Shown: piece after piece, positions 9,777 to 18,712 of the stretch
Layout: the number at the start of each line of letters is the position of its first letter
How positions within the stretch are numbered: the first letter of the stretch is position 1
Source: an uncultured delta proteobacterium
Lineage (GTDB): Bacteria > Desulfobacterota > Binatia > UBA9968
Direction: 5' to 3'
NCBI GenBank assembly: GCA_963847445.1
Contig: CAWJZV010000022.1
Span: forward strand, 11,205 to 75,204
DNA length: 64,000 bases
The notes under the pieces: model-generated
What the model saw: the letters and a program-made list of their open reading frames with translations, nothing else
Told to the model about the DNA's origin: nothing
Databases searched by the model: none
Program-made: the position numbers and the translations under genes

Positions 9777-10949
9777 TCAAGAATTGACGACGATTTTTCC
9801 GGTTTCACGGGTGTCATAACCGCCGAGGGCTTCGAGCTCGTCGCGGAACGGTTTGCTGGTGATGATGTCGAGGAGCATTCGGAGGCCACCGACTGATTCG
9901 TAGTAAGCTTTAGGGATGATGAGGTCGTAGCGCTCGCGCTGCAGTGGGACGAAATCCAAGCCGCAGATAGACGCGACGGAGCGCACGCTGATGCCGGTGT
10001 CGGCGAGGCCGGCTTTAACTCGTGAGGCGATGTCGAGGTGGGAAAAGACTTCGTCGCGATAACCCCTGACGCGTTTGGGGTTGATGGCATTGGCGAGCAT
10101 CTGTTTGTCGAGTAGACGCCGCGCCCCCGATCCCGTCTCGCGGTTGACGATTTTTACCGTTGGCTTTGCGATATCGGCGATGCCGCGGAGTTTTTTGGGA
10201 TTGCCCTGGCGCACGATAAAGCCTTCTTCCCAATGGGCGAAGGTGACGACGATCAAATCCATGTCGCCGACGAACTTCCTCAAATCGGGAAGCCTCCAGG
10301 CGCCCGAGACCTCTTCAGCGAGATGAATGCCGGCGGCATGAACTTCGCCGCGCTTGAGCGCCGCGAGGGCGAGGCTGCTGCCCATCAGGCAAGGCACCAC
10401 GTTGTCCCTCGTCGTGTTTGCGCACGTGTTCGCCGGCCAGAAACATCGACGGATCGCAGCCGCCGACAACGATCTTGCGGTGCACCTCCTCTCGGTCCTT
10501 GAGGAGCTTGACCTTGACGCGGCGACTCATCGGGGCTCGACTCGACGATCAAGACCGTCCGCCGTGACGCTCAGACTGGCCAGCTCCCCCAGTCCCTGAA
10601 GCGGACGCACCAGCACGCGGTGGCCGATTTGCGTCACCTGCGCGCGCGTCGGGCCTTCGGTGTTGGAGAGAGAGCCGATCAGTTCCCCCTCGATGATTTC
10701 CCCGCCCTGTTTGATGCTGAACAAATCTTCGACGCGGCATTGGAGCGCCCGCGCAAGCTGGAGCGCGACTGAGGTTGCCGGGGAGTATTGATTCGTTTCC
10801 ACGGCGGCAACTGACTGGCGTGTGATGCCGGCCATGTCGGCGAGTTGTTTTTGCGACAAACCCGCGGCCTGGCGCTTTTCGCGCAGGCGGTTTTCGAGCG
10901 CCGGTTGATGCGGTGAATAGGTTTCAGGTGATTCTATGATACCAGACAT
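9777..10949 (-). CDS. XRE-type HTH regulator fused to a periplasmic-binding-protein-like (molybdate-type) domain; frameshifted ~10400-10550
   Basis: N-terminal NRLREKRQAAGLSQKQLADMAGITRQ; C-terminal GSSLALAAL..AGIHL, VNRETGSGAR, ERYDL, LGGYD. Confidence 0.8.
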
Positions 10950-11166
10950 AATGTTAGGTATCATGTCACAAAGAAATCTGTCAAGCGCTCCGAATTTTGG
11001 TGGCGATTCGGTTTGAAAGCACATCCATCACTTCGTTCAGGATGAAAGCTGCAATCCGGGGTGTCATTCTGAGGGCAGCGAAGAATCTGATTCGATGCGA
11101 ATATTGCTTTAAATTATGCGGGCGGGTCAAACCGAGTGGATACGGAATCCTTTTCCGCGCTAGGAT

Positions 11167-11379
11167 TCAGCCGGACTTGCGGAAGTCACACTTCTGAATC
11201 GAGGGACACGGAACGTCGCCGTAGGAGCAGAAGACGTAGCAGTGCCCCGGCTTCGTTTTGAGCAAAGTGCGGCAACCCGGTCATTCGTAAAAGAACTGGC
11301 AAGGATCGGCGGGCATTTGCAAAAGTTCAGCGTGACTGCGGTGAGGACATGTCCATGTGCTTTCAAGGACCGTCTCCCT
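11167..11379 (-). pseudogene. Decayed GDCCVxC-domain small Cys-rich protein (not in ORF track)
   Basis: Translates ETVLESTWTCPHRSHAELLQMPADPCQFFYE*PGCRTLLKTKPGHCYVFCSYGDVPCPSIQ; TGA at 11281-11283; no start codon. Confidence 0.75.
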
Positions 11380-11391
11380 GATCCAAGCTGT

Positions 11392-11864
11392 TTATTTGAG
11401 AAATTTTTCGATCTTTTTACGCAGGGCCTCTTCGCCCTGCGGTCCGGCGTAGCGGTCGACGATCATTCCGTCTTTTGAGACGATGACGCTGTGCGGGGTG
11501 CCGACGAAACCATAGGGAGCGGCGATCGTCACACCGTCGTCACGACCGAAAGGGAAGGTCCAGCCGTAGGTTTTGACAAACTGCCGGACGGCGGCGTCGG
11601 TGTCGCGAACGAAAATCCCGATGAACTGTACGTCTCGGTCCTTGAACTCGCGCTGCAACTTTTCGACGGCGGAAGCCTCCCGCCTGCAGGCCGGTCAGTA
11701 AGAGGCGACGAATTTCAGAACTTGCAATTTTCCTTTCAGCTCGGAAGTGCGGAGGTGCCACCGTCTAAAAGATTAAGGGCAAACGCCGGCGCGGCGACAT
11801 TTTTGTTTTGAGCGTTAAGCTCATGACGCGGAGATTGAAGAAAATACAGCCCCAAGCCCCGCAA
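11392..11864 (-). CDS. TlpA/AhpC-TSA redoxin, probable selenoprotein (UxxC)
   Basis: APAFALNLLDGG(fs)LRTSELKGKLQVLKFVASY-TGA(11695-11697)-PACRREA continues in frame into ORF 11392-11658; start uncertain. Confidence 0.8.
11668..11684 (-). promoter_or_regulatory. Putative bacterial SECIS hairpin
   Basis: GGCGGGA-GGC-TTCCGCC starting 10 nt after the UGA. Confidence 0.65.
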
Positions 11865-12067
11865 CTCGTTCGTTGTCCTGCCGCTCGCGCTCGCGCTTCC
11901 GGCTTCGTACGAGCTGGCTGTGGTGGTTATTGTTTTTCAGTCCCTGGTAGAGCTGTTCGGCATGTTGGCCTATCTCCGGTGGGTGCCGGCTAAGCTTTTT
12001 CCAACGGCGTTGTGAATCTGGAGGGAATCTAAAATCGTCAAACACGCTTTTGGCGTTATCGGTGAGG

Positions 12068-12335
12068 TTAACTTGACCCCGTCGCGTTGACCCCGCCGGG
12101 CTTTTTGAACCGGCGCGAGTGGCGGCTCCAGTCGCAGCCGCAGGCGTTGCAGTACCACTCGCTCATGCCTTCCCATTCTTCGCGGTCGGCGGCGATGGCT
12201 CAGGCCCTGTTTGATCCTCTCAGCCTGCGCGGCGGTTGGAATGCCGTGAATTACGGCAACGACCGATGATGCGCCGCATTCCGGGCAGACCGGCGTCGGT
12301 TTGACGGATTTCGTTTTCGCCGATCGACCTGCCAT
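12068..12335 (-). CDS. Small zinc-ribbon hypothetical protein (frameshift ~12200)
   Basis: CPECG...IHGIP...WYCNACGCDW after joining frames. Confidence 0.6.
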
Positions 12336-12377
12336 CGGGATTTATCGCTCGCAATTAGTCGGTAATTCCACGAACGG

Positions 12378-13391
12378 TTAGAGAGTTTTTCTCACTTCGT
12401 TCGCGACGTCGACCAAGAGTTTAGCCTTGGCATCGGCCAGCTCCCGGGTGATCGTCATGAGGCCGCAGTCTGGGGCGAGCCAGAGATTTTTCGGCTCGAT
12501 GTATTTGAGCGCCTGGCGCACGCGATCGGCTACTGTCGCGACCGAGGGCACGGGGGCATCGCTGGGATCGACGCAGCCAAACATAACGATGCGCCCTTTG
12601 GCGATCGATAGCACTGCGGGATCGTAGCCGCTACGGGCGAACTCGACGCCGAAGCCGCCGATCTTGGTTTTCATTAATTCTTCGAGCAGTTCGGGATATT
12701 CATACTCATGCTGCCGGCCACCGCCGCCGGGATAGCCGTAGCAGAGATGGACCACCGTCGGCACGGTGATGCCTTCGAGACAGCGGTCGAGCGCCTTGGC
12801 GCCGTAGGCGAAGACTTTTTCGTGATAGCGGGTCATCGCCGGCTCGTCGATCTCCAGGACGTCGCAGCCGGCGGCTTGCAGGTCGCGCAGCTCTTGGTTG
12901 ATCGCCGCCGCGACATCCATCGCCATGGCGGCCTCGTCGCCTTTGTAATACTCGTCGAGCGTGCTGTCGACCACGGTCATCGGTCCGGGCACGTCCATCT
13001 TGATCGGTTTGTCGGTTTGCGCCTTGGCGAATTTGAGATCCTCGACGATCGCCTGTTTGCGCCGCTTGATCTTGCCGACGATGCGCGGCACCGGCCGCGG
13101 CTGCTCGCGCCGGCGATAGATGGTCTTGACCGCTTCATGTTCGAGGTCGATGCCGTCGAAGGACGCGAGCACATGATTGATAAAGCCGGTGCGCCGCTGC
13201 TCGCCGTCGGACAACAGATCGAGGCCGATGCGTTCTTGATTGTGAATGCTCAGCGCCGTGGCGTCGTCCTGCGCCTGCTTGAGTTCCGCGCCCTCAAGTC
13301 GAAACACGGCGCGGCTGCGCTCGTTCTGCGCCAGCCAACTGGGCCGGGGAAAACTGCCGATGGTGGTGGCGGCGATGGGTGGAAGTTGCAT
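12378..13391 (-). CDS. Cobalamin-independent methionine synthase II family (catalytic domain only)
   Basis: TTIGSFPRP, DGEQRR, IDEP, HLCYG, PDCG zinc ligands. Confidence 0.85.
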   Translation of the reverse strand: MQLPPIAATTIGSFPRPSWLAQNERSRAVFRLEGAELKQAQDDATALSIHNQERIGLDLLSDGEQRRTGFINHVLASFDGIDLEHEAVKTIYRRREQPRPVPRIVGKIKRRKQAIVEDLKFAKAQTDKPIKMDVPGPMTVVDSTLDEYYKGDEAAMAMDVAAAINQELRDLQAAGCDVLEIDEPAMTRYHEKVFAYGAKALDRCLEGITVPTVVHLCYGYPGGGGRQHEYEYPELLEELMKTKIGGFGVEFARSGYDPAVLSIAKGRIVMFGCVDPSDAPVPSVATVADRVRQALKYIEPKNLWLAPDCGLMTITRELADAKAKLLVDVANEVRKTL

Positions 13392-13394
13392 GGT

Positions 13395-14270
13395 TCACCT
13401 CGATGGGGAGATTTGTCTCTGGCTATATATGCGCTGCTGGTGAAACACAAGATGATTTTGAATGGATAATGGAGAATTGAGAATGGATAATGAGATGAGG
13501 GGGAACTCGAACTCAGGCGGAACCGGCTTAGATGGGGATGCGCGATCGTGGTGGCGGCGGATTCGGTGCCGGATCCAGTGGCCTACGAGCGTGTTGAAAA
13601 ACACTGGTATTTCCGTCGTAAACATCAGCGGCTCGCCGCTGAAGGGGTGTTTGAAGGAAATCGAGCGGGCATGCAGCGCTAGACGTTGGTAACGTTTATG
13701 TTCTTTGCCATAGCGTTCGTCACCGACCACCGGGTGGCCGATGCCGGCGAGGTGCACGCGGATTTGGTGCTTCCGGCCGGTTAAAAGATCGACTTCGAGC
13801 AGCGAAAAGTCTTTGGTCTCTTTCAGAACTTTGTATGCCGTGTGCGAAAGCTTTCCCTTGCGCGTGTCGGTGGTTGTGTAGACGCCGTGCGCTTGGTTTT
13901 CCGCCAGATAGGTCGTGATCGTGTCCGTGCGCTTCTCGCAACGGCCGTGGACGACGGCGAGATATTGCTTCTGGGTATCTTGCCACTGGCTTTGCAAGCG
14001 AAACTTCGCCTGTTCGTTCTTGGCGAATATGAGTATCCCTGAGGTCTCGCGATCGAGCCGGTGCACGATGAAGATACGATTCCGAGATTTCGCTATTCCC
14101 TTGCGAACGTAGTCGGTGAGAATGAAGTAGGCCGTGCGCGATTTTTCTCGCTCCGTGCTGATCGTCAACAGGCCCGCCGGTTTGTCGACGACGATGATGT
14201 CGCGGTCTTCGTGGAGAATTTCGATGCCACCCAAGTGATGTTTGCCACTCGGACCAGGGTGTCTACGCAT
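13395..14270 (-). CDS. RluA-family pseudouridine synthase (true 3' end probably ~13550-13600)
   Basis: VDKPAGL, HRLDRETSG, TGRKHQIRVH, GDERYG, LALHA. Confidence 0.9.
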   Translation of the reverse strand: MRRHPGPSGKHHLGGIEILHEDRDIIVVDKPAGLLTISTEREKSRTAYFILTDYVRKGIAKSRNRIFIVHRLDRETSGILIFAKNEQAKFRLQSQWQDTQKQYLAVVHGRCEKRTDTITTYLAENQAHGVYTTTDTRKGKLSHTAYKVLKETKDFSLLEVDLLTGRKHQIRVHLAGIGHPVVGDERYGKEHKRYQRLALHARSISFKHPFSGEPLMFTTEIPVFFNTLVGHWIRHRIRRHHDRASPSKPVPPEFEFPLISLSILNSPLSIQNHLVFHQQRIYSQRQISPSR

Positions 14271-14312
14271 CGTCAGTCTTGGTCTGCGGCTCGATGGAAC
14301 GGGTTAATCCCA

Positions 14313-14618
14313 TCATAATGCTCTGCGGGAGCGCCGCATGACGTACTCGCGCAGCACACGATCCATGCGGGACTGCCACCCTTCGCCGGTGGACTTGAAG
14401 TACGCCAAGACCTCCCGGCTATAACGCACAGATACGAGTTGCTTCGCTCTCCCGGACTTGGGACGGCCGCGCAGCGCTCTCATGGGCACCATGGTCTTCA
14501 ATTGCTTGAGTGTGAGCGGCTGCGGGCATCGGGATCAGCCTTAGCCGCGGCCGTGATGGCCTTATCTTCTCGCACCGTAGGCATGACGACGGACGGGCGT
14601 CTAGTTGTTTTCGGACAT
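14313..14618 (-). CDS. brnA: BrnA antitoxin (frameshifted)
   Basis: AAKADPDA..., RGRP, VSVRYSREVLAYFKSTGEGWQSRMDRVLR. Confidence 0.85.
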
Positions 14619-14872
14619 AGTATTTTACCTCTCGCCGATTGGCTTGATGTAGGCTGATGAACCTTCGCGCCTCACCTCGATCGACAAATGCCACGTAGTA
14701 AAGGCATCTCGGTTTGCGGCGCGAGGGCAATCATCCGCGGCTCGTCGTAGGTGAAGCGGTCGTCGATCCAAACCAACGCCGCTTCCCAATCAAGTTCACC
14801 CGCCAAGGCCAGCGAGACGCCATGCTTGGCTCTATTCGCCACGTCCTTGGCGCGATCGAACTCGATTCGCAT
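14601..14872 (-). CDS. brnT: BrnT ribonuclease toxin (frameshifted)
   Basis: IEFDRAKDVANRAKHGVSL, YDEPR, RFISL..ANRRE. Confidence 0.85.
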
Positions 14873-14882
14873 GAATAGTTAA

Positions 14883-14911
14883 AATGTAGCTACAGTAAAG
14901 AGGCATGTCAA
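14883..14911 (-). promoter_or_regulatory. sigma70 promoter of brnTA with overlapping palindromic operator
   Basis: TTGACA (14911-14906)-N17-TACATT (14888-14883); perfect palindrome TGTAGCTACA at 14885-14894. Confidence 0.7.
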
Positions 14912-15011
14912 ACGGCGCGCGGATTACTGTCCTGCGCGCTTCGTGGCTAATTTTATGATTCCGAATTTTCTTAAATCGATTTGAACGACTGGACATCCGG
15001 CTTTCTTCTCG

Positions 15012-16208
15012 TTACTCTTTTCTCCCCAACAATCGATAGAACAGCGCCGTCGTTATGATCAACGACACGGCGGCAGTCAGCGCGATGCCGAGCGATGCGC
15101 CGAAGAGTGTCGCCGCGGCGCCTAATACGATGGAACCGACGGAGCGCATGCCTTGGTCGAGGTTGAATACGCTCATCACCCGGCCCATGAGAGTGCGCGG
15201 GGCTTCGATCTGGATGATCACCCGGCTGATCGTGCGAAAGCATACTTGGCCGGCGCCGACCAGGGCCAAGAGTGCTACCGAAAGCCAGAAGATCGGTGAG
15301 AAGCAGAATAGAATGAGAAAGATCGGCGTCGTCGTGGTCATGACCCAGAGCAGCATGGCGCGGTTCCAGCGTTCGCCGACCGAGGCGAGGAAACTGAGCG
15401 ATGCGATGCCGCCCAATCCCGGCGCCGCTAACAATATGCCGAGCCCTCTCGGGCCGACCTGCAAGACATCCTTGGCGAAGACCGGCAGAAAACTCTGGTA
15501 GGTGACGATAAACACGGCGAAGGTGTAGGCGGCGATGACGCTGCTCAAGATCAGCGGCTCGTGCCAGACATAGTTAAAGCCTTCCTTGAACTCGCGCAGG
15601 AAGTTGTCTTCGCGCTTTATCGGTGGTTCTTTATTGGTGCGAATAAACAGCATGCCAATGCCAGCGAGTATCAGAGTTACGCCGAACACCGCGTAACAGC
15701 CGTCGATGCCGATCAGGAGAATCAAGACGCCGCCGATGGAGGGTCCCGCTGTCCGAGCGATGTTGAAGCCGACGGTGTAGAGCGAGACGGCGTTCATGAC
15801 ATGTTCCCGTGGCACTAGTTCGGCGAGGATCGATTGGGCAGCGGATGGATTGATCGCGCGAATCGAGCCGGAGAGGATTTCCAGCACCAGCAGGTGCCAG
15901 AACGCCAGCGTGCCGAAAGCATGGATCACTAAAAAAATCGCTATCGGGACGACCGAGACGAGATTCACCAGGATCAACATCAGCTTGCGATCGTAGCGGT
16001 CGACGTAGACGCCGCTCAAGGCGCCAAAAATCAAACGGGGCAACGCGCTGCACAGGCCCAAAATACCCAACGACATCGCCGAGCCGGTGATCTCGTAGGT
16101 GATCCAGTATAACGCGACCTCCTGAACGAAATGGCCGAGGGAGCCCAACAAATCCGTCGACCAGAAGATGGCGTAGTCACGGTAGCGCAGAGAGTGAAAG
16201 ATGCGAAT
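15012..16208 (-). CDS. MFS transporter
   Basis: SLRYRDYAIFW, GVYVDRYDRK, multiple TM segments; start uncertain (ATT after AAGGAG). Confidence 0.85.
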   Translation of the reverse strand: MRIFHSLRYRDYAIFWSTDLLGSLGHFVQEVALYWITYEITGSAMSLGILGLCSALPRLIFGALSGVYVDRYDRKLMLILVNLVSVVPIAIFLVIHAFGTLAFWHLLVLEILSGSIRAINPSAAQSILAELVPREHVMNAVSLYTVGFNIARTAGPSIGGVLILLIGIDGCYAVFGVTLILAGIGMLFIRTNKEPPIKREDNFLREFKEGFNYVWHEPLILSSVIAAYTFAVFIVTYQSFLPVFAKDVLQVGPRGLGILLAAPGLGGIASLSFLASVGERWNRAMLLWVMTTTTPIFLILFCFSPIFWLSVALLALVGAGQVCFRTISRVIIQIEAPRTLMGRVMSVFNLDQGMRSVGSIVLGAAATLFGASLGIALTAAVSLIITTALFYRLLGRKE

Positions 16209-16245
16209 GGTGTCGTGCTCCTTAGTAATGTCGGTTTGAGACTCT

Positions 16246-16356
16246 CGGATTCGGATATGTCTCACGCAAAGGCGCGAAGACGCTAAGTTCGAGATCAAAG
16301 ATCATTTTAAGCCCGAAACTTCGCGACTTTGCGCCTTCGTGAGAGATATCCGATTC
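16246..16356. repeat. Short family A palindrome (CGCAAAGGCGC arms)
   Basis: cggattcggata flank shared with the copy at ~34907; inverted arms. Confidence 0.7.
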
Positions 16357-16541
16357 TAGTGTTTATAGCCTTTCCGGTACATCTCGGAAAGGAAGCTGAA
16401 GCAAGATTCGAGTTGTGTATGCGGTGCCCGATGTCCGACGGTAATCCAAAATCGAAAATCCAAAATGGTCATGCTGGTTGACAGCGCGCAAGTTTCGGAA
16501 TACTTCGGTGTCATCAACTTCGCTGAAGGAGAAAAACGATT

Positions 16542-17534
16542 GTGGCTTACGATGATCGCAGCGTGAAACCGATGAGCGCGAGTCTGATGCGGGCGCGGGT
16601 GGCGACGAAAATTCTCGCCGGGCTTTACGAAGAGGCGCCGACGATGTTGACCAGCGCGATTCGCTTGATGGTCGAATTGCCTGGCGGCAAGAAGGGGCGC
16701 AAGGGGCCGCCTTATCCATTTACCATCGGTGTCAGCCCGGCGTGGTGCAGCGGCTTGAATGGCGCCAAGCTGGTGGCCAACGGCAAGCTCGATCTCGTCT
16801 GGTTGAATCCGTCGATCATTCCGTCGATGGCGGTGCGCGGCGTCGGGCCGTTTACGAAAAGGAGCCCGCTGCGCGCGCTGGCAGTGTTTCCGTCCTGGGA
16901 CCGCTTGGTGATCGCCGTGTCGCCGCGCTTGGGCGTGAATAGCATGGAAGAATTGATCGCCAAGAAACCGAAAATGCGCGTGTCCATCGCGGTCAACGAC
17001 TGCGTCGATTTCGCCATCAAATTCTTGCTCAAGGCCCATGGCATCACGCAAAATCATTTCGTCAGATGGGGCGGCAAGGTCGACGAAGTCGTGCGCCCGA
17101 GTAATCCGCACCGGCGCGAGGGGATTATCTCCGGCAAACTCGACATGGTGATCGACGAAGGCATGGACTCCTGGGGCGATGTCGCGGTCGAGCACGGCAT
17201 GAAGTTTTTATCCTATTCCGAGCCGGTGCTGAAAAAATTAGAACAGTACGGCTTCCAGCGCGCGCGTTTGGATCATGGACGGATCGACGGCATCAATGAT
17301 CCGACCACGGTGGTGGATTTCAGCGGCTGGCCCATCGTCGTGCACAAAAATTTCCCCGACGACTTGGCCTACCACATCGCCGGCGTGCTGGAAAAAATCC
17401 GCGAGGAGATTCCCTACGACGCGACGGAAACGCCGTCGATGAAGCAGTTATGTTCCAACAGCGAATCGGGTCCGCTGGATTTTCCACTGCACCCGGGGGC
17501 GGAGAAGTATTATCGGGAGAAGGGTTATCTGTAA
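16542..17534 (+). CDS. TAXI-family TRAP-type solute-binding protein, no signal peptide
   Basis: GVGPF, LRALA, PLHPGAEKYYREKGYL C-terminal motif. Confidence 0.8.
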   Translation: MAYDDRSVKPMSASLMRARVATKILAGLYEEAPTMLTSAIRLMVELPGGKKGRKGPPYPFTIGVSPAWCSGLNGAKLVANGKLDLVWLNPSIIPSMAVRGVGPFTKRSPLRALAVFPSWDRLVIAVSPRLGVNSMEELIAKKPKMRVSIAVNDCVDFAIKFLLKAHGITQNHFVRWGGKVDEVVRPSNPHRREGIISGKLDMVIDEGMDSWGDVAVEHGMKFLSYSEPVLKKLEQYGFQRARLDHGRIDGINDPTTVVDFSGWPIVVHKNFPDDLAYHIAGVLEKIREEIPYDATETPSMKQLCSNSESGPLDFPLHPGAEKYYREKGYL

Positions 17535-17630
17535 GCCTTCGGTCTGAGTCCTGCGTTTGCGGTTATCGGTGGACCGATTCAGCCAGAGCGACGGTCGTGA
17601 CCCACCGGGCCTTCGTCAGCGCCGCGGCGT

Positions 17631-18650
17631 CTATCTGGCGATGCCGTAGGTTTTTACGATCTGGTCGATGAAGCCGCTGTCGTCGAGTTTTTTCACCAGG
17701 CGGGAGTCGACGAGGTTTTCCAGGTTGATGTTTGCCACCTGCGGGTTCTGTGTTTTCATGAAGCGCTGCATGTTGCGCATGCCCTCCATGGACGGATACG
17801 GTTTCAAGTCGGTGGCTTTGGTCACGCCATCGTAGCCCTCTTCTGCGTCGGCCGGGTCGCTGAGCTTGAGCCGTTTCATGATCGTCCGAACCACCAGCGG
17901 TTTGTTCTCAGGCGCAAGGGTAAACGCCGCTCCTTCGATCAATGCTTTCAAGAGATTCTCCAAAATTTGCGGTTGGGACTGCAAGAACGAATTGAGCACC
18001 ACCACGGTGGAGCTGACGGTGCGGCTGTTGGTCTTGTTGAGTTCCACCAGAATCGGAAAGCCCTTTTTCTTGAGCTTCTGGCTGAATGCGGTATCGAGGG
18101 GCGCGGCATCGATGACGCCGGTCTCCAAGGCTTGGGCGAGCACGGTTTGGTCGCCGATGGTGAGGACGCGGATATCGTCGCGCGTCGGATCGATTTTGAG
18201 CTGTTCGAGCGCCAGCATCGCGGTGATCCACAGACTACCGCCAACGACCTGAACGCCCACTCGTTTACCGCGCAGATCTTTCGCCGAGTTGATGCCGGGC
18301 CGGGCGACCAGGTCGTGGGTGAGTTTGCTGGTGAACGCTGCGACGATCTTGAGATCCGGCCCTTTGTCGCCAACCCCGAGAACCGAGATGCCGCCGGCTT
18401 GGCTGATGTCGATACTTTTTGAGTAAAGCGCGGCGATCGAGAGCGCGCTGTTGCGGATGAAAATGACTTCCGCCTTGATGCCGTACTTGGCGAAAAAGCC
18501 TTGCTCGTCGGTGATCCAAAGGGGCGCGACCCGCGGGTTATTAGCGGCGTGGGCGATGATCAGTTTTACCGGCGCCGATGCGCTAACGGCTGCACGAACG
18601 TTGCTCAACGGAATGAGCAACCCGAGAGCAACAATCAGGAGCTTGATCAT
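17631..18650 (-). CDS. NMT1/SsuA-like ABC substrate-binding protein
   Basis: PLWITDEQGFFAKYGI, DLRGKRVG, signal peptide. Confidence 0.85.
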   Translation of the reverse strand: MIKLLIVALGLLIPLSNVRAAVSASAPVKLIIAHAANNPRVAPLWITDEQGFFAKYGIKAEVIFIRNSALSIAALYSKSIDISQAGGISVLGVGDKGPDLKIVAAFTSKLTHDLVARPGINSAKDLRGKRVGVQVVGGSLWITAMLALEQLKIDPTRDDIRVLTIGDQTVLAQALETGVIDAAPLDTAFSQKLKKKGFPILVELNKTNSRTVSSTVVVLNSFLQSQPQILENLLKALIEGAAFTLAPENKPLVVRTIMKRLKLSDPADAEEGYDGVTKATDLKPYPSMEGMRNMQRFMKTQNPQVANINLENLVDSRLVKKLDDSGFIDQIVKTYGIAR

Positions 18651-18712
18651 TGCCTGGCCTCCTGCGCTCGGTATCCGGAATAGGTCCGGGCTAAAATCGA
18701 TAACGTAAATTC

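Noticed and set aside
11281-11283. Third functional selenoprotein (GDCCVxC TGA)
   Set aside because: No matching SECIS-like hairpin, missing start and other Cys losses; kept as a pseudogene.
11020-11390. Moco/Tuco riboswitch upstream of the mod operon
   Set aside because: No recognisable conserved elements; the region is explained by a REP-like palindrome and the GDCCVxC relic.
13395-13560. Novel C-terminal extension on RluA
   Set aside because: The frame runs through an AATGGAT/AATTGAG repeat; likely read-through from an indel.
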